This document shows, piece by piece, positions 28,901-37,900 of a stretch of 64,000 bases of DNA. Where the stretch lies: positions 4,796,101 through 4,860,100 of the forward strand of contig NC_092677.1 of NCBI RefSeq assembly GCF_964355755.1, given 5' to 3'. Under the pieces are notes generated by a model. The model was not told the origin of the DNA, made no database searches, and was given only the letters and a program-made list of their open reading frames with translations. Origin of the DNA: Antedon mediterranea (lineage: Eukaryota; Animalia; Echinodermata). The first letter of the stretch is position 1. Each line of letters begins with the position of its first letter. The position numbers and the translations under genes were made by a program.

Positions 28901-31900
28901 GGACGTCATCGTATGGCCACAGGAATGTAAAATATAGGAATTTTTTCTCTTTCGGCACAGGTCGACACATTCAATAGAGCGCATACCACGTAAACGTTTT
29001 TCAATATTCTATTACTAAAACAATTCCTCTTTAGACTTATGAAATTTTTTTTAAATTTAAAAAGGTCATCATTTTCAAACAATTGAATAAACGTGAGTTG
29101 TGTAAAATAAAAACCAACCGTCAACTAAACCGTTTACAATGCTAATACCTTCAACTGTTGACGCTTATTGAACAATTTTGATCCAGCTGTTCGTTCGTTA
29201 CAATCGTTTTAGTGTAGCCTACTGTAGACTGAGCATGATAAATAACATGTGCGTGTTACGATGCATTGGGCGATAGCCTAACTCGTCACCATGATGAGTT
29301 CAAATTTAGTTATTTTATTATTATTTTCGCTTTAAAAAAATAAATACAAATAACTTGTTTTCCAGGCCTTTGTGATGCTGTATGCTTAAGTTCTGGGAAA
29401 TTGGTTGTTGCAGGAGTTTGGAATCAGGAAAGTAATGACAGTAAGAAATTACATACAGTAATAAACAATCTATAATAGAGGTGATAAAATAAGGAACCTT
29501 TAAACCTTAAACAATTAGTTTAATTTAAGGCATTTTTCTAAATAAAAACACTTGCATTGCCAAACCTATTTTTGTGCTTGCATCATCAATGCACAAGATT
29601 ATGAAAAAGGGATGCAATAACAATCATTCTCCCATTTCATGATGATAATTATGTGATGTAGAATTTACAATCATCTTAGAACAATTTCCTTGATATATAG
29701 AATTTACAACACATGTACCTAAGTGTTATGTGTAGATACAGCCCTGAGAATCAAATAATATGATACTGTACTTTATTTGTATTTTATTTCAGATTATTTA
29801 TTGTTTATTTTTCAGATAATTTAATTGTAATGACAAGTACTGATGATGGTGATATCTGGAAAACTGTGCTTGTCTGTAAACCACTAGGTGTTACATTAGG
29901 AACACACATACAAGTAAGTTTAAAGAACACTAAAGTTAATTTCAGATTGGTTTCTTTGATACACATTATCTATATATTTGTTAACAAGCATTTGCAGCCT
30001 TTGTGCTGCTATTTGTATGTTTTTATACAGCATACTGAATTAAATAAATAAATCACTATCACACACAAATCTGTTTTTCTGCATTATACCAATTAGTCCT
30101 ATAATGTGATTTGTTAATTAGATTGCTGAAAATGCAAATAATCAAGTTTGTATTCTCTGTTCATTGGAAGACTGCAAGAAGTCTGTTAAATTTTACAGCA
30201 ATGATGGATGTGAAACTTTACAGATTCAGGATACATTGTTAGAAACAAACAAAGGATGTCAGGTACAGTACCACAATTTCACCTACTTTATGTTAAACCT
30301 ACAGTTTGGTTTTATGTAGAGAACTAAAGTATATTAGCGTCATTCATCGTTTTTAATTTCATTAATTTGACCTACACGTCATGTCGAAAAATGCCTATTT
30401 TCCGAAATGTATTAAATATATTAATAAAACAACAATAATAAACACACAATTAGGTAGTCTTAGTGTGATTTGTTAGTTTCGCAAAATAAGACAATTGGAT
30501 TTTTAAAAAAAAGCTTAATACTAAAATATGAAAAAGAAGATACTGTAAATAAAATAAAGAAAGAATATATTAAAATAGGATACTGTAAATATTGTAATAT
30601 AATGTTTGGGTTGTTGAGGTACTAATGAAGACTCTTACTCGCTTGACTGTCGTAACACATATATTATTTATTCAGTATAATACTTCAGTACAATATACAA
30701 CTATAAGTATAGATAAGGAACGGACGTCAATGATTGATGCTGTCAGTGAAGTGTGAAGTGTGTAGGTCTGCTTCTGAAGAAGTGGCTGTGAGGTGTGTGC
30801 TCCGTGAGGTGGCTGTGAGGTGTGTGCTCCGTGAGGTAGCTGTGAGGTGTGTCCGGGCCCTTCTGAAACTTGGGAGTATATTGGCTCAGTTCATTTGCAT
30901 AATGTCATTACATCATCTGTGAGGGTAACGATTGGTCCTAAGTTGATCCAGGGGTGTTTAAGTGGGAATGATTAACGGTATAATAAGGTATTTCTGTGAT
31001 GGATGACACTGTCAAATCTGTACTTAAATAGTGTCAATCACTCCTGGTTTAACGATGGGAAAGTCACAAAATTAAGCTAAGTGTTCTCTTTAGGGACTCT
31101 ATTATAAACTAAATGGTCATTAAAACATCTGGACAAACTCTCCTTTGGACTTTCTGGGTCAAGTTTGTGAACCTATTTAAATTCCGATACAAAGGTCAAT
31201 TTCTTAAATATAAAAGTATATCGTTATATCACATCCCTCTGTTTCCCTTTTTTTTTTCTTCTAATCTATTTAAAATATAAAAATGGTTATAATAGTGGCA
31301 TGCAAATTTAAAGTTATATAAAAGAAAAAAAAACATTATTATACATATAAACAAAAATTGAGTTAGCCAAAACCATTGACTCTGAAGTGTAACCTTATCA
31401 CTTTCACTCTCTCTCTTCTCTCTCATAAAAAAAATTAAAATTAAAAATGAATTTGGTATAAAATTCGCGTAAATCAAACATAAATCAGTTGAAAATAAAA
31501 TTACAAAACTTAAAAATAGTATGTTACATTGAACATACATCAAATCGTGCGACAACTCATCGCGTTCTAATGGTCTTCAAACATAAATCAATCAAATCAA
31601 AACATAAAACTCAAGAAACTGTGGCTGATTAGCCTAAAATCAAAATATCAAACTTAATCACTTAAAACTTTAAAAAAACAAATGTGTGTGTCCCGTTGAC
31701 ACGAACTTATCCACAATATATCGTTATCGTCACAACTTTATCGATTTAAGCATTTATATTTACAGGTAATTACGATTTCAATCGGTCGACAAATTCGACT
31801 TTTTGTACTCAATGTCAAAAAAAATTACAATTAAAAGTACTAAGAAAATCTCCTGTTATTGTATATCAATTAATTAATGCTTGAGATTAACGACTCAAAG

Positions 31901-34900
31901 GTTCAACAAAATATTTGTTACAAAATGATTGTCGTTCTTTTCAATATCTCAATATATCGATCATCAAAATTCAAAATTAATCATTATCAAACTCGTTACA
32001 AAATCAATACTTAAACATAAATTCAATTCTCTTTTAACTGAAATCACATTATTATTAAACAAATCTCATCAAATACGTAGACTATGCTATCATTAATTTA
32101 GCAAATGTCGTAATTTAAAAAAATGTCTTGCAAAAAATTAAATCAGTAGCTTGTTGCATTATACAAACGTTTTATGAATCGTTTTGGCGATCCACTTATC
32201 GGTATCTGTTTATCATTAATGATCTCTTTAATCAATTTATCTGTATCGTTATATCTGTCAATATTCCACCAAAATTTGCGATCATTAGATTCTTGTTTTG
32301 TTTTATCGGTGTTGCGTTTGACTGAAGTCGGTTTAGAATATGAAACTAAAACTTGGAATTGTCCTGCTTTAAATCTACCTCGGTTTAATGTCATATTTAA
32401 ATCATTAGGTGCTGTCATAATTAGATTAGTTTGTTCCTTTATTTGTTCTTCTTTCATTTGGAATGGGGCTGCTAATCCCATGTTATTCTCTACACAGTCA
32501 ATGTAAGGTTGCAAGTTAAGGGGTTCTATCTTAGTTGGATGTGTAAGGGTATCTGATTGCAATTGGGCTGGTGTCCTATCATGTTCGTCTACAAATTCAA
32601 CATTGATTTCGTCATTTACTACATTAATGGTGTTTTGGATTTTATCGTTATTATCATCAGTTGGTTCATTCAACAATTGTTTAAGTTTTTGGAGATGTGT
32701 AAAATTTTTGCGTTCTTTGGGTGTTCTCATAAAACAGGGTTTCAGTCTGTTATAATTGAATACGTCGCGAAGTATTTCTCCTTTAATCGTTGCTAGGATG
32801 TAGTGTGTTCTGTCTAGTACTTCATGAATTACTAATGGTCCGACCCATTCTGCGGCGATTTTCTTTGAATTTGCCGTTAGTGATGATGATGTTGGCTTGT
32901 ATAAATATACGAGTTGTCCTACTGAGTAAATTGGACTTTTTTCTAAGCGTTGGGAAATCTTTGAGTTTTGGACGTTTTGTTGTGTTCGCTGTAATTGTAG
33001 CATTGTCTGTGAAATGTTTTGAAATTTCTTCTTGAGATGTTCAAAGTATTCTTCATAGGAATGAGACAATCCTGAAATAGGGTTAAATGCTAATGAGGTC
33101 AAACTTGGAGGTTGGCGGCCAAAAACTAATTCGTAAGGGGAGTGGTTTCCTAGATGTGGGGATGAAAACGAGTTATAAGCATAACATGTTGTTGATACAA
33201 ATCTAACCCAATCTGTTCCGAATTGGTTAAGGTTGACCTTTAACAGGTCCGATACGGTCCGGATATGACGTTCAACTTGTAAACTACCGTGATTGTGGAC
33301 GCTGATGATTTTCCTATCAATATTAAGGGTGTTACATAATAGTGTTAATAATTTTCCTGTAAGGGAGGTTGCTGCATCTGAAATAAGACGAGATGGGGGT
33401 CCAAAAATACTGATGACCTTTTGAATTAGTGCTTCACAAATTGTTTCGGCATCAATGGATTTCAAAGGTACACAAATCAAAAATCTAGTTATCTCATCAC
33501 ATACTACCATAATATGTTTAAAACCTGAAGGTGAAGTTGGCATACTCTTAAAATCTAGACTGAGTGTATGAAAGGGACGGTAAGTTGCTGGTACTCGATC
33601 GTGTAAAGGACGTAATTTATCGGTTTTGGGACGAAATTGTTGACATCTAAGACACGCTTGGGTATAATTGTTGACTTTCTCGAACATAAGGGGCATGTAA
33701 AATAATTTCCTAATAGTAAGGTAAGTACGCATCGTACCTTGGTGGCTACTTAACAAATTGTCGTGATACTGAGAAATAACAGTCTCTGCTAAGTTTTCAG
33801 GAACAGCTAATTGCAATACAAATTCTCCACCTTTATCTTGGAAAAATAAACGGAATAGTAAACCGTTGCACAATATGTACTGCTCTGACTTATTCTGAAC
33901 TGCACGAGCTGCTTTCTTATCAGCTGGAAGGATATCATGAGCTAAATAATCGTAAACTGGCTTAAAAAATGGTGAAGTTTCTTGTTCAACACGTAATTGT
34001 TTAACATCTACTGGGAGGTTATAATCTCTAATTATCTTTCTTTGAATAACATCCATTAATCTATTTAAGTCTTGTTGTTTTGGGATGTGTGCTGACTTAA
34101 ATTCAGTTATGTTGGGTACTAGTGGTTTGGGCGATGTATACAATTCAACTGGTACGTTTCGATGTGTAGTATCTTTGCTTTGCTTGTTTTTGTCTACTAG
34201 TCGTTCCTCTGGAGGTTGTCGAATGTTTACATTACGTATTGGGGGTGGTGTTACGATAGGTGGCGTTATGATAGGCGGTGATCGATGTGCGTTTGTTTGT
34301 TGTCTCGTGATTATCTGTGGTGTAGTGGAAGGTTGAGGTGTAGGTCGCGTGTTTGTTGTCACTGGGTTTTGATTAATGACGGGCGTTTGTACTGGTTTGG
34401 GTTTATGTAGGTCAGGTATATTTATTCCCATTTTCTTGGCGTATGACCTTGTTACTGGTCTGCAAGTAGATGTGTTTGTAATCGGGTTAAGAGATTCAGT
34501 CTCTGTAATATTAAATGCAATGGGTACAATTTGATCAATTTCGGAATCGTCGTCACGAGGGGCTCGGGAGAGAAAATCTGCTAAAACTAATTCAGTTCCT
34601 TTCTTATAACCAATTTGGAAAATGTATCCGGACAATCGTAATATTAGTTTCTTTAAACGGGGTGTACATGGCTGATCTTTTGAATTCCAAATTTGTACAA
34701 TTGCTGAGTGGTCTACGAATGCATCAAATTCGCAACCCTTTAGTAAATGTCGAAATGCTGAAACGTTAATGTAAAGTCCAAATAACTCTAGTTCTGTGAC
34801 GCTATATCGTTGACAGGCTTGTGGTAAGATTTTGGAATAATAACCTATTATGTGTTCTTTACCGCTTACTGTTTGTGTTAAATATGAACCTGTTGCGGTT

Positions 34901-37900
34901 CTTGAAGTGTCGCTATATAGCGTAAATCTACCTTCTTTTCTAGGCATTTGAAGAGTTGGTGGTTTAACCATTAATTGTTTAATTTCGTCAAATGCTTTCT
35001 GGTGTTCAGTAGACCAACAAAATTTTCGGCGTTTACTTGCGAGTGTGTGTAACGGACGTAAAATTGATTGTATTTGAGGGAAAAAATGGGATACATAATT
35101 TACTGCACCAATAAATCGTTTAGTTTCTTTATGGGTTCGTGGGACTGGCAAATTTCGGATAGCTGCACACCTGTCGCCTAATGGTGTGATACATGCGTGT
35201 CCTGAAGAATTAATCAGGATGGTGTGTCCCATATATTGCACTTTATTCTTGAATAACTTACATTTCTTTGGACAAATTCTAAAACCATTTAATTGTAGGG
35301 CTTGTAAAACGGAAACAAGGTGCTGCTTATGAGCAAATTTGTCTTGGCTAAATAAAATAATATCATCATGATGGGCGATACAGAATTCTCTAGAATTTGG
35401 GATTTCATTTAAAATTTCGTCAATCTTTGCTTGAAATATACCTGGTGAAACGTTTAATCCTTGTGCTAATCTCTTATAATAATAATGTTTTCCACCATGA
35501 TATGAAGCTATACCTGTGTATTGTTGGGCATGTTCGGCTAATGGTACACAGTGGAACGCTGATTTCAAATCAATTACGCTAAGAATCTGTGCATTAGCGT
35601 TACCTATTGTTTTCAGAGTTTCGGCTAATAATGGGAATGGATGATTAATACGTTTTATCCTGGAATTTAGATAGCGGAAGTCTGTGACAACTCTTTTATC
35701 TTTTGAATTTTTCTTTGAAACAAGAAGGACAGGGGAAGTATACGATTGGTGTCCTACTGCTAAGATTCCTAGTTTGACTAATTTTTTCAATTCGGCCTCA
35801 ATAACATGTTTGTCTTTGTCTGTCGCGAAGTATGGTCGAATAAAAAATGGTTCATCGTTAGAGAGGTGTATGTCAGCTTTGAAGTTTGGGCAGCTAGATA
35901 GTTCACCATAAAGTGAAAATGCGTTTCTGTTTTGTTGTAATGTTTTATACAAATCTTCTTTTTCTCTATGTGTTAAAACGCTGTCTTTTAAATCAACTTG
36001 TTTTCTAATTATTTCTTCCTCGGTTAAAGTTAGCAATGGGTCTGTACGTTCTAAATGTGGGTACTTGTTTGCGTTGTCATTGGTCAACTTTATTCTATCT
36101 ATTGGTAGGTCGTTAGTAACTGTTACAAGGTTGGTTAAGTGAAGGCTCGCGATAGGTTGATGTGTATTTAGAGATACGTTTCTGTTTGTGTTGTTAGTGA
36201 TATCAATGTTGGTTTCTCCTCTGTGTAATTTTACTAACATATCTGATGGACAAAGTTTTGAAATATGGGTGGTTGCATGTAGAACAACATCAGAATTGCG
36301 TCCAAAGGCGGGAACCCTTCCTTTTAATTTAACTGTTTTAGTATCACCGGGTTTAAGAAAAATCTTGTGTACTGGACGAAAGCTAAAAATCTTTGGTCTA
36401 ATGCGAAATGTGTTTTCCTTAAAATTTAAAGTACCGTCGAGTTCAGACAATGTTTCGGTTCCAAGTATCAGGTCAATACCTGTCAAATTTTTAACGATTA
36501 ATGCTGAAATTTTAAATTTGTGTCCTTGGATAAATAATTCGAATTGCACTAAGTGGTTGGCATATAAGAAGTCACCGTTACCTAATCGAAATTTAGTTGT
36601 GTTCACTTTAACTGGCTTTAAACGCGATAAATAAAGTGAGGAATTAACGTACGATTGTGAGATTATAGCTCTAGTTGAACCACTGTCAAATAAAGTTAAA
36701 ACATTTCTACCATCTGGTAAATTTCCTTTAACGTAATTTCTGTCGTTAAGTAACAAATCAATATTATCTGAATTTCCTAAGTATTTTGCCTTAAAATTGT
36801 CGTATTTAGTATGGGGGGCCAGATTATAGGCGGCATCTAGTCCCCTTTTTAAAAATCCTGCTGGTGGCTAGGGTAGTAATTGTTTGACTGTTGGTATGGG
36901 TATGGCGGGGGATAGTTTCCGTAAGAGCGGTTTTGTTGTCGGCAGTGCCTTGCTATGTGGCCTGGTTTCCCGCAGTAATAACAGGTTGGGGGAAGTTGTC
37001 TATATCTTGGGGTCGGTGGGGTCTGGAATCGGGGTTTGTATGGGCTTGGACTTCGGTTTCGTCTTGGGATATAATTTCGGGTGGGGGAACGTGAGCGTCG
37101 AGTATCATCATTAAGGGATCGTTTTGTTGTGGCCATGTCTAACTTGAGAGAATTTATCTCATGTTGGAGCGATTCGAGACTATTAGGCCTATCTGTTTCC
37201 TTATTGATATTGAATGAAACTTCCCGTGTGGCATCATCTACGGAAAGTTCAAGGTAATTTTGTGTGCTATTTACGATATTTTCAATAGTGGCATCGATTG
37301 GGGTGGACATGGCTACAGCTGCTTTACATTTTGGTGGAAGGGTCGAAATAAATTTATTCTTTATCTGCTGGTCAGCGTATCCAATTCTGTCTGCGGCTTG
37401 TTTGATTTTGGTTAAGTGGTTTTCGGCGTTGTCGCCAGTGGTGTATGTAATTGAATCGTATTCTCTTATGTGCGCATAGATTGATTTGTTTTTACTAAAC
37501 CTGTTGATGAATTGGGTTTTTAAGGATTCTAGTGAATCGAACTGCTTTCCCTCAATCCAGAGTCTAGCTTGGCCCTGAAGGCTACGTTTAAAAATACTTA
37601 TTACATTAATTAATTGGGCATTGTTTACAGGGTTTTCTAACGTGTGGGCCTCAAGGTAGTCGGTAAACGATAAGTAATGTGCACTACATTGGTCGTGATC
37701 GGTTATGGAACCGTCATATCTTTTGGGAAGGAAATCGGTTTGTCTTAGGTGGGGCACGGGGTGAGGATTGACGGGCTCATTTAAAATTACTTCGTTATCA
37801 ACAACGTCGACCATACTTTATAATATTAATTAATCAAAATATCAAAAACAATTTAGTGTATATATATGTAAACTCTCACTTTTTCAATCAAGGTTACAAA

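Larger units (their letters stand above)
16975..29312 (+). mobile_element. Helentron/DINE-like element, outermost layer of nested TE stack
   Basis: 5' GCTATCGCTCTCTATAGAGTGATAGC; 3' GCGATAGC plus hairpin ACTCGTCA-CCA-TGATGAGT then TTTAGTTATT; a related inverted fragment lies near 14950-15530. Confidence 0.6.
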
